Assembly (NCBI GenBank): GCA_051439505.1 | Contig: JBFRWI010000053.1 | Coordinates: forward strand, 1 to 64,000 | DNA: 64,000 nt | Reading direction: 5' to 3' | Source: Hormoscilla sp. | Lineage (GTDB): Bacteria > Cyanobacteriota > Cyanobacteriia > Cyanobacteriales > Desertifilaceae | Part shown: positions 1 to 8,750 of the stretch, piece after piece | Layout: each line of letters opens with the position of its first letter | How positions within the stretch are numbered: position 1 is the first letter of the stretch | Program-made: the position numbers and the translations under genes | Notes under the pieces: generated by a model | Seen by the model: the letters and a program-made list of their open reading frames with translations, nothing else | Databases searched by the model: none | Told to the model about the DNA's origin: nothing

Positions 1-47
1 AAATGCGATCGCCCAATAACATGTATGAATGCGATCGGGTCTCAGCG

Positions 48-230
48 CCGGGGCACGGCAATAGATATATTTTAGTTTATACCGAAAGGTTATTGATGCC
101 GTGCCCCTACCATACTGGTCGTATTTCCAGTGGGAATGCGATCGCCTGTGGTTATGTAGGGGGTTATGTAGGGGCACGGCATCAGCAGATTATCGGTTCA
201 AGGGAATATCTTTGTACCGCCGTGCCCCGG
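48..230. repeat. Pair of GTAG-type REP-like palindromic elements
   Basis: GGGGCACGGCA...TGCCGTGCCCCTAC (about 48-110) and GTAGGGGCACGGCA...CCGTGCCCCGG (about 167-230). Confidence 0.75.
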
Positions 231-409
231 CTGCGATCGCTTAATTTATCCGTGTACCGATCAAATACGATCGCCTAATAACCTGTATTTTTGCTATTTT
301 CAGTATCCTTAGCAATTTATCTGTAAATGGTGTATTTTTCAGAAATGTTCCCATAGAAGGAACAGCCGTATGATATAATCCAGATATATTCTATGTTAAG
401 AGATCCATA

Positions 410-973
410 ATGGAAAAAGCAAAATTAAGACGATCGCTCCTAAAAACCCGCAATAATATGTCAGTGGAACACTGGCGCGAAAAAAGCGATCGCATCTGTA
501 GCCACCTGCAATCGTCACCTTGGTTTGCGGAGGCCAGAACGGTGCTAGCTTACTTCAGCTTTCGCCAAGAACCGGACCTCAGTCCCCTGTTTACAGATAA
601 CCATACTTGGGGATTTCCTAGATGCGTTGATAAATGCCTTTCCTGGCACCCCTGGCAGCCCGGAGAACCCCTGGAAAAAAATATTTATGGCATTTTTGAA
701 CCCTCGGCTGATTCCCCCACCCTACAGCCCGATGCCGTAGATTTAATCCTCGTACCCGCGATCGCCTGTGACGAACGGGGCTATCGCTTGGGTTATGGCG
801 GGGGTTTTTACGATCGCCTCCTGAGTGCGGACTCGGAATGGTCATCTCATGCTACCATTGGCATTATCTTCGAGGAAGCCTTTTTGCCACTGTTACCTAC
901 AGAAGAGTGGGACCGCCCCTTACAAGCTGTTTGTACGGAAAAAGGTTTGAGGGAAATAATCTCGGATGCTTGA
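410..973 (+). CDS. 5-formyltetrahydrofolate cyclo-ligase
   Basis: N-terminal KAKLRR, YGIFEP, DLILVPAIACDERGYRLGYGGGFYDR signature. Confidence 0.95.
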   Translation: MEKAKLRRSLLKTRNNMSVEHWREKSDRICSHLQSSPWFAEARTVLAYFSFRQEPDLSPLFTDNHTWGFPRCVDKCLSWHPWQPGEPLEKNIYGIFEPSADSPTLQPDAVDLILVPAIACDERGYRLGYGGGFYDRLLSADSEWSSHATIGIIFEEAFLPLLPTEEWDRPLQAVCTEKGLREIISDA

Positions 974-1026
974 TTTGACAACAAGAGGATCCAAGACTTC
1001 TCTGTTAAGCATGGCGGCAGGTAAAT

Positions 1027-1177
1027 TTGTCATTGCGAGGGGGGTACGTAGCGATTGACTTATGCTCAACTGAGTTAACCCCCCGAAGCAATCTCATACG
1101 GGGTGGGGATTGCTTCGGGGGTATCCTGGAGGAGATCCCTAAAATGTTGGTTTGTGTTCTCCCCCTCGCAATGACAA
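1027..1177. repeat. Palindromic REP/MITE-like element TTGTCATTGCGAG...CTCGCAATGACAA
   Basis: Terminal inverted repeats plus internal CCCCGAAGCAATC/GATTGCTTCGGGG stem; half copies at about 10351-10421 and 29444-29516. Confidence 0.85.
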
Positions 1178-1253
1178 GTTATTAACGGAGAAGTATTGCA
1201 AGAATATCTGCCTCTATAATCCATTACCAGAAAAAGTATAAGTAGGTATTGAC

Positions 1254-2690
1254 ATGATAGATTTCAACGAGGTCAGGGCGGAGTTCCAGAGAATTTGGGG
1301 TTATGAGGATTTTCGCCCGCCCCAAGGGGAAATTATTCGCAGTCTCTTGGCACAACGGGATGCTTTGATCGTGATGCCAACCGGTGGGGGAAAGTCGATT
1401 TGCTTCCAACTCCCAGCTTTGCTACAATCGGGAGTGACTCTGGTGGTTTCTCCCCTGGTGGCCCTGATGGAAAATCAGGTTCAGGAATTACGTCAGCTAC
1501 ATCTGCATGGGGCTTTAATTCATAGTGAGTTGTCAACCAGAGATAAGAAAAAAACTCTGCAAGCATTGGAAAAACAACAGTTGCAGTTACTTTACCTTTC
1601 CCCAGAAACCTTGTTGAGTCCCCCGGTTTGGGAACGGTTGTCTCAACCCCATTTGAAAATTAATGGCTTGATTCTCGATGAAGCTCATTGTCTGGTACAG
1701 TGGGGGGAAACTTTTCGTCCCGCTTATCGCCGGTTGGGGGCTGTCCGTTCGGCTTTGTTAAAGTCGAAACCCCCGGGGTCGAAACTCCCGATCGCGGCTT
1801 TCACGGCGACGGCGGACCCGGAGACACAGCAGATTATTCGCCAAGTCTTACAACTGCGCAAACCCCAACCTTTCTTAGTCAATCCCTATCGCGGTAACTT
1901 AAACTTAAAAGTGCAAATTGTCTGGACTCCCCGGGGACGCCGCCAACAGTTGTTAAAGTTTATCCAAGCGAGACGGAAACAATCTGGTTTAGTCTATGTG
2001 AGAACTAGGCGAGATAGCGAGGAACTGGCTGGATGGCTGAGGGAAAGTCACTTGCAAACATCTGCTTACCATGCAGGATTGAGTCCCGAGGAACGCCGTA
2101 CTATTGAAAAGGATTGGCAGAGTGATAAGATTCAGTTTGTTGTCTGTACTTGCGCCTTTGGCATGGGGATAAATAAGCCCGATGTCCGCTGGGTGATTCA
2201 TTTCCACTCCCCTCTGCTATTATCAGAATATGTCCAAGAAATGGGACGTGGTGGCAGAGATGGTAAACCCGCTGAAGCCCTCATCCTGATTAGCGAACCG
2301 ACGGGATTGTTAGACCCGGCAGATAAGCAACGACGGCAGTTTTTTACGGAGAAAATGCGCCAGCAATATCAAAAGGCTCAACAATTGGCTAAAAATCTCC
2401 CCGTTAAGGGCAATGTTGATTCTGTGAAAGCTGAATTTAAAGATGGCCCGATCGCCCTTTCTCTTCTCCACAGCAGCGGACAGCTAAAATGGCTCGATCC
2501 TTTCCATTATAAGATCGATCGCGCGGTAAAAGGGCAGCCATCGGACCAATCCCGGGCCGCCCTCCTAATGGAAAAGTATCTGACAACCCGTGATTGTCGC
2601 TGGAAGTTTTTATTAACGGCCTTCGGCTTTACTCCTGCTGCTAATTATCGCTGCGGTCACTGCGATAACTGTAGCAAAACCAAATCTTAA
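1254..2690 (+). CDS. recQ: RecQ-family ATP-dependent DNA helicase (short form, no obvious HRDC)
   Basis: MPTGGGKS, DEAHC, TATA, AFGMGINKPDVR, QEMGRGGRDG motifs; C-terminal CGHCDNC zinc site. Confidence 0.93.
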   Translation: MIDFNEVRAEFQRIWGYEDFRPPQGEIIRSLLAQRDALIVMPTGGGKSICFQLPALLQSGVTLVVSPLVALMENQVQELRQLHLHGALIHSELSTRDKKKTLQALEKQQLQLLYLSPETLLSPPVWERLSQPHLKINGLILDEAHCLVQWGETFRPAYRRLGAVRSALLKSKPPGSKLPIAAFTATADPETQQIIRQVLQLRKPQPFLVNPYRGNLNLKVQIVWTPRGRRQQLLKFIQARRKQSGLVYVRTRRDSEELAGWLRESHLQTSAYHAGLSPEERRTIEKDWQSDKIQFVVCTCAFGMGINKPDVRWVIHFHSPLLLSEYVQEMGRGGRDGKPAEALILISEPTGLLDPADKQRRQFFTEKMRQQYQKAQQLAKNLPVKGNVDSVKAEFKDGPIALSLLHSSGQLKWLDPFHYKIDRAVKGQPSDQSRAALLMEKYLTTRDCRWKFLLTAFGFTPAANYRCGHCDNCSKTKS

Positions 2691-2771
2691 CCTCCAGCAA
2701 ATCTAGAAATAACCCGTTCTTTAGCTGTCAGATCTAAAATGGTAGCCGAGTTTTTAACCCGGGTAAATACT

Positions 2772-3401
2772 ATGATCTATTCTTTAGCGTCAGAGGCAGT
2801 TGATGAACGAGATTTACGTCAGCTACTGGAAGAAATCTATCAAGAACGCAGTCTCAGCTTTTTCTGTAAAGGTCAAAATATTCCCATGGGCGATCGGGAT
2901 ATCTGGGTAGTCTATCGCGGTGTCGTACAATTGAATGTTATCTATCCCAATGGGGAAGAGGGTTTGCTGGGTTTTGCCGCCGATTATATGCCGTTCGGCC
3001 TGCCTCTAACCGCGATCGATGCCTACTACGCAACTGCCCTATCAGATGTGGATTTAATGCGTTTGACGGTATCGGAGGTGGACCAGTCTCCTACCCTGGC
3101 CCAAAGTATTTGGCGTCAGATCAACCGCCGGTTGCGGCAAACGGAGGCCATGTTAGCGCTAGTGGGTCATCGGCGGGTAAAGGACCGACTCGTGCATCTG
3201 CTGCTATTGTTAAAGGAGGAAATCGGTCAGCCAGTACCAGAGGGCACTCGCCTGAATGTGAAGCTGACTCACCAGCATTTAGCTAATGCGATCGGTACTA
3301 CCCGCGTTACTGTCACTAGGATCTTGGGTGAATTGCGCCAGGAGGGTTGGCTGAATATTTGGCAACGTCATATAATTATTCGGTCTGGCATGAGGGGGTA
3401 A
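2772..3401 (+). CDS. Crp/Fnr-family transcriptional regulator
   Basis: C-terminal HTH LTHQHLANAIGTTRVTVTRILGEL; start could be 2739 or 2772. Confidence 0.92.
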   Translation: MIYSLASEAVDERDLRQLLEEIYQERSLSFFCKGQNIPMGDRDIWVVYRGVVQLNVIYPNGEEGLLGFAADYMPFGLPLTAIDAYYATALSDVDLMRLTVSEVDQSPTLAQSIWRQINRRLRQTEAMLALVGHRRVKDRLVHLLLLLKEEIGQPVPEGTRLNVKLTHQHLANAIGTTRVTVTRILGELRQEGWLNIWQRHIIIRSGMRG

Positions 3402-3659
3402 AGACTAAAGTCTTTACTACGAACGAGGGATAAAATGATCGGGCACGAACTGGCGAAAGAAACCGGGTTGATTCTAAATTTTTCTCATTCATAGCAATAG
3501 GGAGTAGTAGAAACCCGGTTTCTGGACAAGAGCGCGGGGCGAAGCATTTGGGCGACAATATCACTCAGAGATAGACAAATTTACTGCCCAAATGCTAGCT
3601 GCTGCGCAGCCGCTGCGCTAGCGCCCGTGGGCAGGTGAGATGCACCCCCATGAGCAAGC

Positions 3660-3841
3660 ACAGGTGCCAACCAGTGGTTTCTGGGGGAAAAAATTTTTCC
3701 CAAAAGGGTTGACAATGTAATTGGCAGCTATTAAGATGGGAAAAGATAGGTCGCCGGATTGCAGTACCTGGAAAACTTCATATACGGTACTGCGATCGCG
3801 CAGTTTAATTACACTTTGATCCCTGAGGCCCCTATGGAAAC
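3660..3841 (+). CRISPR. Putative orphan CRISPR leader with one degenerate/truncated repeat (no array)
   Basis: Promoter, then GTCGCCGGA...ACCTGGAAAACTTCATATA, then GTTTAATTACACTTTGATCCCTG; layout recalls cyanobacterial leaders preceding GTT..AATCCCT..AGGGATTGAAAC repeats. No second repeat and no cas gene in the window. Confidence 0.45.
3709..3737 (+). promoter_or_regulatory. Sigma70-type promoter
   Basis: TTGACA (3709-3714), 17-bp spacer, TAAGAT (3732-3737). Confidence 0.75.
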
Positions 3842-4046
3842 AATCGAATTCAAGACGAGACCCAAAAACGGGTTCGTAACCATTCCCCCCGAATATTCTG
3901 CCCAGTGGGAAGGCAAAAATATCCGTGTTATCTTATTGGATGATGAGGGAAACTTAGCCAGACCCATGGAACAACCGTCCTTTAAGACCATTTCCCTCTC
4001 TACACGGGGGTTGAAATTTAACCGAGACTCAGCTAATGCCCGCTAA
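3834..4046 (+). CDS. Putative antitoxin of a type II TA pair
   Basis: 70 aa METIEFKT...IRVIL...KFNRDSANAR, GAGG upstream of ATG 3834, overlaps downstream PIN gene by 11 nt. Confidence 0.8.
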   Translation: METIEFKTRPKNGFVTIPPEYSAQWEGKNIRVILLDDEGNLARPMEQPSFKTISLSTRGLKFNRDSANAR

Positions 4047-4443
4047 TATTTTCCTCGACACTAATATCATTATCTACTGCTATTCCCAAGATGAGCAAAA
4101 TAAACAAGCACGTGCTCTAGAATGCGTTAGATCGGGGAGGCCGTGGATTAGCACTCAAGTTCTCAATGAAACAGTTAACACCTTGAGACGGAAATTTTTA
4201 CTGGAATATACTCAGATAGCTGCGGTTGTCGATGAGCTAAAACAACAATTTCAAGTCGCAACTGTATCGATAAACACGATTCAGCGAGCTTTAGAGATAT
4301 CGGAACGATATCAATATAGTTACTTTGACAGTCTCATTATTGCCAGTTCTTTAGAAGTTGGTTGCGATATCCTCTACAGCGAGGATCTACAGGATGGACA
4401 AAACATTGATAGCCAACTTACTGTTGTTAACCCCTTCCTATGA
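4036..4443 (+). CDS. vapC: PIN-domain (VapC-like) toxin
   Basis: IFLDTNII, STQVLNE, SYFDSLIIA, LYSEDLQDG, VNPF motifs. Confidence 0.92.
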   Translation: MPANIFLDTNIIIYCYSQDEQNKQARALECVRSGRPWISTQVLNETVNTLRRKFLLEYTQIAAVVDELKQQFQVATVSINTIQRALEISERYQYSYFDSLIIASSLEVGCDILYSEDLQDGQNIDSQLTVVNPFL

Positions 4444-4616
4444 AAGCTAAACCCAAAGGGTGCATCTCACAATGGCACGGGCGAAGCATTCGCTTATTAA
4501 TCTTTTCGATTTATGTCCATATTTATCTGCCCGAATGCTAGCTGCTGCGCAGCCGCTGCGCAGTGGGCGCAGTGCGCGTAGCGCTACGCCCCTACAGTTA
4601 TTTTTGCAAATATGAG

Positions 4617-5078
4617 ATGAACCCAACCCAAGTGATTGTCGCCTTAAAAACTCCAGAGATTACGCCTCAAGTAAAAGATGTATCTGATGGCGAGCAAATC
4701 CCCAAATTATATGATTATCCAGTTAGAGATTTAACAGATATTTCTATCTATCTGTCGAGAGCAGATGATCTCATAGCAAAAGAAAATTTTGATGCCGCCG
4801 TTTGTGGTGCTGTGTTTATAGCTAAAATAGTGATGCGGACGATCGCAGAACATTACTCAATTGACTTTGAAACCCAAAGTCCCACAGAACTGGCTCTCAC
4901 ATTCTTTGCTTGCGGCTTCCTGACACAGTCAGATTACGAGATCCTGGTAAAAGCAATTGCCATCTCAGACCGCGTGATAGAACAACAAGAGAAAATAACA
5001 GTTGCACAAAATTTTGCAGGCCAAGCTATTCAGGTGGTGCAGCGTCTGTTTGACTTCTATTCAGGGTGCTTCTCATGA
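4617..5078 (+). CDS. Hypothetical protein, helical HEPN-like fold suspected
   Basis: ADDLI..ENFDAAV...MRTIAE...SPTELA...GFLTQSDYE pattern; no R-x4-6-H motif visible. Confidence 0.5.
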   Translation: MNPTQVIVALKTPEITPQVKDVSDGEQIPKLYDYPVRDLTDISIYLSRADDLIAKENFDAAVCGAVFIAKIVMRTIAEHYSIDFETQSPTELALTFFACGFLTQSDYEILVKAIAISDRVIEQQEKITVAQNFAGQAIQVVQRLFDFYSGCFS

Positions 5079-5294
5079 TTCTCTCCTTTCAAATTCAAAT
5101 ATATCGGACGCGATCGCCACCCAACTGACACCCGAAGCAATCTCACCACCTATCATACAGGAGATTCCATCGGGCGGTCAATTGGGTAAGGGGTGTGGTC
5201 AAAATTCGTTGCATCAGGAGGTTGCAGATATTCCCGATCGCACCATTTTGGCCGCGATCGGGTAAGCAATTGATAAATACCAATCCCAATAATT

Positions 5295-5801
5295 TCAAAT
5301 CCAATCTTCACCACCAGGTAATTGAGTAAATTCCTCATCTATGACATCCCGTAAGCTATCATCTGAATGAGAATAAGTCAAACTTATTAGTTGGTTAGCT
5401 GCGTTCATAATCTGAGTCTTGTCCACAATTTCTCGGAGTTGACGTGGTTTATATATGCCATTAGATACTTCCACGCTGGCCTCATAAATAGCATCCTTAA
5501 AAGCCCTTTCCAGATTATCCGTCCATTCCTCCTGCTTAATGTAGTAAGATGTTTTATTATCTTTGAGATTCAGACCTTGAATCTTCAGCACAGAATCTCG
5601 AATTGAAGCCGCCCAGGAATTTGTGAGACGCTGTTCAACTTGGTTTTTAATCAAGTGAATCAGCATTCTGACAAGAAAACTATATATCTTTTGCAAAATT
5701 GCTTTTTTACTCATCTCTTCCAGTTCGTCTACTAACATTAATGCCTCGTCATAGCGACCTGAGAGAATGGAAGTTCTGAGTTCTGCGAGTTCTTGAGTCA
5801 T
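5295..5801 (-). CDS. DUF29-family protein
   Basis: ELEEMSKK...LVRMLIHLIK...TNSWAASI pattern typical of cyanobacterial DUF29. Confidence 0.8.
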   Translation of the reverse strand: MTQELAELRTSILSGRYDEALMLVDELEEMSKKAILQKIYSFLVRMLIHLIKNQVEQRLTNSWAASIRDSVLKIQGLNLKDNKTSYYIKQEEWTDNLERAFKDAIYEASVEVSNGIYKPRQLREIVDKTQIMNAANQLISLTYSHSDDSLRDVIDEEFTQLPGGEDWI

Positions 5802-5949
5802 AATTGTCTTCCTCGTATCACAAATACGATCTTGGTCCGGTGGTAATGGTACATATCTCCCGCAAGCAGAATGACCTGTAGGGGAGAAGCATTACGGCGA
5901 TCGAATAACAATATAAAGTGACAAATATTGTGCCGTAATGCTTCGCCCC

Positions 5950-6097
5950 GGGTGTGGTCAAAAACAGTTGTACGGGGAGATTCTCGCGGGGTGCAGGGCG
6001 AAGCATTTCGAGAGTAAATCTGTCAATTTATGACAAAAATTGTCGCCGAAATGCTTCGCCCCTACAGATATGTATCAACTTTTGTCTAGCCCCACCC
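5950..6097. mobile_element. Degenerate copy of the GGGTGTGGTCAAAA MITE
   Basis: Left end and following ~60 nt match the 23651 copy; right end decayed; no target duplication seen. Confidence 0.65.
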
Positions 6098-6109
6098 TTG
6101 ATGTTATCA

Positions 6110-7183
6110 TCAGACGAGGGCAATTTGAGAGTCATCCCCGATCATAAATCTTAGGGCTTTCGGGCGTCGGGGGGCCAGGGTCAAATGGGCTCGCTGTCCG
6201 ATGACGCTATCAACTATGCGCTGTTCTATTCCCTCAATTTGAGCCCCCTGCAAAATTACGCTATGCTCTAAATCTGTGTCCAGCAACTTGACTCCATCTG
6301 CTATACTACTATAAGGTCCGATAAAGCAATTTTCTATCTGGCAGTTGCTCCCGATCGCGACTGGACCCCGAATAGTCGAGTTAACTATTTTGGTTCCTTC
6401 GCCAATTTCCACTCTCCCGATCGCTTGACTCCGGTCATCAATTTCACCCCTAACAGCAGCAGTCAAGCGGGTATCGAGAATTATCCGGTTTGCTTCTAGG
6501 AGATCGTCTTTTTTGCCAGTATCCAGCCACCAACCATCTATCTGACATGATTCTACCTGCTGTTTTTGATTTATTAATTGTTGAATGGCATCAGTAATTT
6601 CTAGTTCACCCCTGGCAGAGGGTTTTATGGAAGCGATCGCCCCATGAATGGCGTTGGAAAAGAAGTAAATCCCCACCAATGCTAGATTAGAAGGAGGCAC
6701 TTTCGGCTTTTCGATTAACTGCAAAACCCGTCCCCGATCGTCCACCTTCGCAACCCCAAAAGCACTAGGATTAGATACTTGACGCAGGAGAATCAAACCA
6801 TCCAGACCTTGTTCCTGAAAACTCTGCAAAAAGGGGTTAAGGTCATTTTCAATCAAGTTATCCCCCAGATACATGATAAAAGGAGAATCCCCTAAAAAGG
6901 GTTGAGCCACCTTAACAGCATGGGCCAAACCAGCAGGTTCTTCCTGGAGGATATAAGTTATCCGGGCCCCGAAGCGATCGCCCGGTCCCGTTTTCTCCTG
7001 CACTTCCGCCCCCGTTTCCGGACTAATGATAATACCAATATCCGTAATACCGGTTGCCACTATACCTTCAATACCATACCACAAAATCGGCTTATTCGCA
7101 ACAGGAACGAGCTGCTTGGCCCCGGTGTAAGTAAGTGGACGCAGGCGAGTTCCCTTTCCGCCTGATAGAATTAATGCTTTCAT
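6110..7183 (-). CDS. rfbA: Glucose-1-phosphate thymidylyltransferase (long form)
   Basis: LSGGKGTRLRPLT, KQLVPVANKP, PSARGELEITD, WLDTG motifs. Confidence 0.95.
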   Translation of the reverse strand: MKALILSGGKGTRLRPLTYTGAKQLVPVANKPILWYGIEGIVATGITDIGIIISPETGAEVQEKTGPGDRFGARITYILQEEPAGLAHAVKVAQPFLGDSPFIMYLGDNLIENDLNPFLQSFQEQGLDGLILLRQVSNPSAFGVAKVDDRGRVLQLIEKPKVPPSNLALVGIYFFSNAIHGAIASIKPSARGELEITDAIQQLINQKQQVESCQIDGWWLDTGKKDDLLEANRIILDTRLTAAVRGEIDDRSQAIGRVEIGEGTKIVNSTIRGPVAIGSNCQIENCFIGPYSSIADGVKLLDTDLEHSVILQGAQIEGIEQRIVDSVIGQRAHLTLAPRRPKALRFMIGDDSQIALV

Positions 7184-7218
7184 GCTTTTTGGGGAATTGT
7201 GAATTGCTTTGTGAATTG

Positions 7219-8109
7219 CTAATTGTGCGCTTCGCTAATAACTGAAATCACTTCAGGAAGCATTTCCCGCAGTGCATTTCGCCAATGAGGAGGAGGCCCA
7301 CCCAAAACAGAGGAAATTTTGCCAATGTTCAGGACAGAATAAGGAGGGCGGCGTGCGGGAGTCGGATATTCAGCAGTAGTTATAGGAATCACCCGCTGCA
7401 CCTTCAGAGGAAAACCTAACTCTTTCGCGTCGGCCAAAATAGCCACAGCCAAGTCATACCAGCTAGCAAGTCCACTGTTAGTATAATGGTAAATGCCCCC
7501 TGCTGCTTCTTTCGCAATTAAAGAGGCGATCGCCCCTGCGAGATAGCGAGTGGAAGTGGGGCTACCAACTTGGTCGTAAACCACGCGGAGTTCATCCCGT
7601 TGGGCCCCAACTCTGAGCATAGTTTTGACAAAATTGCCAGTGGGACCAGCACCATAAACCCAGGCAGTTCTGAGAATAATATAGTTAACACCAGAAGCTT
7701 GAATCGCCAACTCCCCCTTCAGTTTAGACTCACCATAGGCATTCATGGGATTAGGAGAGTCAGTTTCAATGTAAGGGCAGTTATTATTCCCATCAAACAC
7801 GTAGTCAGTGGAAACGTGAACCAGAGTAGACCCCAAATCTACAGCCGCCTCTGCTATAATACCAGGGGCCGTCCCATTCACCGCGATCGCCCGTTCCGGT
7901 TCCTGTTCCGCCTTATCAACAGCAGTATAAGCAGCAGCATTCACCACCAAATCTGGTTTAATCTCCTGCATTATCCGACGAATATCATCTGGTCGTTCAA
8001 AGTCCACCCTGTCGCGATCGACTCCCGTCACATCACCTAGAGAGGAGAGAGTGGGAGACAATTCTTTACCCAACTGACCGTTAACCCCAAGCAATAAAAT
8101 CCGTTTCAT
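7219..8109 (-). CDS. rfbD: dTDP-4-dehydrorhamnose reductase
   Basis: GVNGQLG, NAAAYTAVDKAE, STDYVFDG, YGESK motifs. Confidence 0.96.
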   Translation of the reverse strand: MKRILLLGVNGQLGKELSPTLSSLGDVTGVDRDRVDFERPDDIRRIMQEIKPDLVVNAAAYTAVDKAEQEPERAIAVNGTAPGIIAEAAVDLGSTLVHVSTDYVFDGNNNCPYIETDSPNPMNAYGESKLKGELAIQASGVNYIILRTAWVYGAGPTGNFVKTMLRVGAQRDELRVVYDQVGSPTSTRYLAGAIASLIAKEAAGGIYHYTNSGLASWYDLAVAILADAKELGFPLKVQRVIPITTAEYPTPARRPPYSVLNIGKISSVLGGPPPHWRNALREMLPEVISVISEAHN

Positions 8110-8654
8110 GGGAACACCTCTGCCGACTTAAAAGGTAACCCAGCTTTATCTTTTCCCGATACTATCGGCGTTTTCCCCGCTAGGGGCCAATCAATTGCCA
8201 AGTCTGGGTCATTCCAAATTATACATCGCTCGTGGTTAGGCGCGTAATAATCCGTTGTTTTGTATAAAAATTCCGCCACTTCCGAGACAACCAAAAAGCC
8301 GTGGGCAAACCCCGCCGGGATCCACAGTTGTCGGTGATTTTCAGCACTCAACAAGCAACCCACCCACTTACCAAAATTAGGGCTGCTTTTTCTGATATCC
8401 ACCGCTACATCGAACACCTCACCCCTAACTACCCGCACCAACTTTCCTTGGGGCTGTTGAATTTGATAATGCAGCCCCCGCAAGACACCCTCCGCAGAAC
8501 GAGAATGATTATCCTGAACGAACTCCACCGACAAACCAGTCTTTTCCGCAAAAACCCGCTGGTTATAACTTTCATAAAAGAATCCCCGATCGTCTCCAAA
8601 GACTTTCGGTTCCAGGATCGACACATCCTTAATATCTGTTGCCTCAATTTTCAT
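8106..8654 (-). CDS. rfbC: dTDP-4-dehydrorhamnose 3,5-epimerase
   Basis: DDRGFFYE, FVQDNHS, GVLRGLHYQ, GFAHGF; 4-nt overlap with rfbD. Confidence 0.96.
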   Translation of the reverse strand: MKIEATDIKDVSILEPKVFGDDRGFFYESYNQRVFAEKTGLSVEFVQDNHSRSAEGVLRGLHYQIQQPQGKLVRVVRGEVFDVAVDIRKSSPNFGKWVGCLLSAENHRQLWIPAGFAHGFLVVSEVAEFLYKTTDYYAPNHERCIIWNDPDLAIDWPLAGKTPIVSGKDKAGLPFKSAEVFP

Positions 8655-8750
8655 CTTGCTTGCTAATTGAAAATTTCAAATTGAAGATTGAAGATTCTTT
8701 ATTCATGTCCATCCTCAATTCTCCATTTTCAATTCTCCATTCTCCATTTC

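Noticed and set aside
3759..3833. Longer TTG-start version of the antitoxin
   Set aside because: The extension runs through the leader-like region; ATG 3834 has a GAGG RBS and gives a typical antitoxin size
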